In this document: piece after piece, positions 63,642-64,000 of the stretch
Numbering within the stretch: the first letter of the stretch is position 1
Layout: every line of letters begins with the position of its first letter
Assembly (NCBI RefSeq): GCF_902652985.1
Contig: NC_047015.1
Coordinates: forward strand, 56,296,001 to 56,360,000
Reading direction: 5' to 3'
Origin: Pecten maximus
Lineage: Eukaryota
Length of the DNA stretch: 64,000 nt
The notes under the pieces: model-generated
Told to the model about the DNA's origin: nothing
The model's input: only the letters and a program-made list of their open reading frames with translations
Databases searched by the model: none
Position numbers and translations under genes: made by a program

Positions 63642-63794
63642 ATGGGTAAACACAAAAAGAACAAGCATCATGGTCACAGCAGCAGCAGCAGTTCATCCTC
63701 ATCCTCATCATCTGACAGCTCAGATAATGAGTACAAACATCTCCCCAAACATGAGAGGAAGATGAGAAAGAAGATGAAAAAACAAATGAAAAAG
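63642..63794 (+). CDS. First coding exon of an unidentified Ser/Lys/His-rich protein (continues beyond the window)
   Basis: Acceptor tttgtag, AAACATGG start context, MGKHKKNKHHGH(S)12DSSDNEYKHLPKHERKMRKKMKKQMKK, donor AAG|GTAGAC. Confidence 0.7.
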
Positions 63795-64000
63795 GTAGAC
63801 TAAGTATAATATACACTTTATCTAATAATTCGGGTACAATGCCAAACTTCGAATTATTCAAACTTTGATTAATTGTGTCAACAATAAATTTATCAATACT
63901 CATTTCAACTCATACATGCATGTATCTCAGTGGGTTAAGATAAATGCATTGGCTACTTGTAGCTGTAGACCAAAGTGAATTTGGGTCCAAAATTATACTA

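Noticed and set aside
63616-63903. 95-aa minus-strand ORF with a poly-Cys run
   Set aside because: It is the antisense shadow of the + strand Ser-rich exon, which has proper splice sites and start context.

Overview
AT-rich animal genomic DNA, not prokaryotic. The repeat families and gene content point to a marine invertebrate, probably a bivalve (inference). 1-17.7 kb: a non-coding block on the + strand. It holds 24 tandem ~447-bp units with GT-AG intron-like segments, a degenerate T-rich ~170-430-bp repeat tract and a ~1-kb terminal direct repeat. The first copy of that repeat contains a complete type I hammerhead ribozyme fold (core, stems I-III, GUC site, loop II pseudoknot), which is the most interesting find. 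18-27 kb: SINEs, MITEs and LINE tails. 28-41.5 kb: three tandem PAQR/membrane-progestin-receptor-like genes on the - strand (one frameshifted, two sharing an apparent gene-conversion tract) in a region rich in TGACGTCA sites. 41.75-46.05 kb: a decayed CR1/L2-group LINE with a 2A (DIESNPGP) motif. After that come HINE/pearl-type elements, an mTERF5-like gene (+), a FAM241-family gene (-) that the ORF track missed, and the first coding exon of a Ser/Lys-rich protein (+). All calls are by eye; no searches or folding programs were run.
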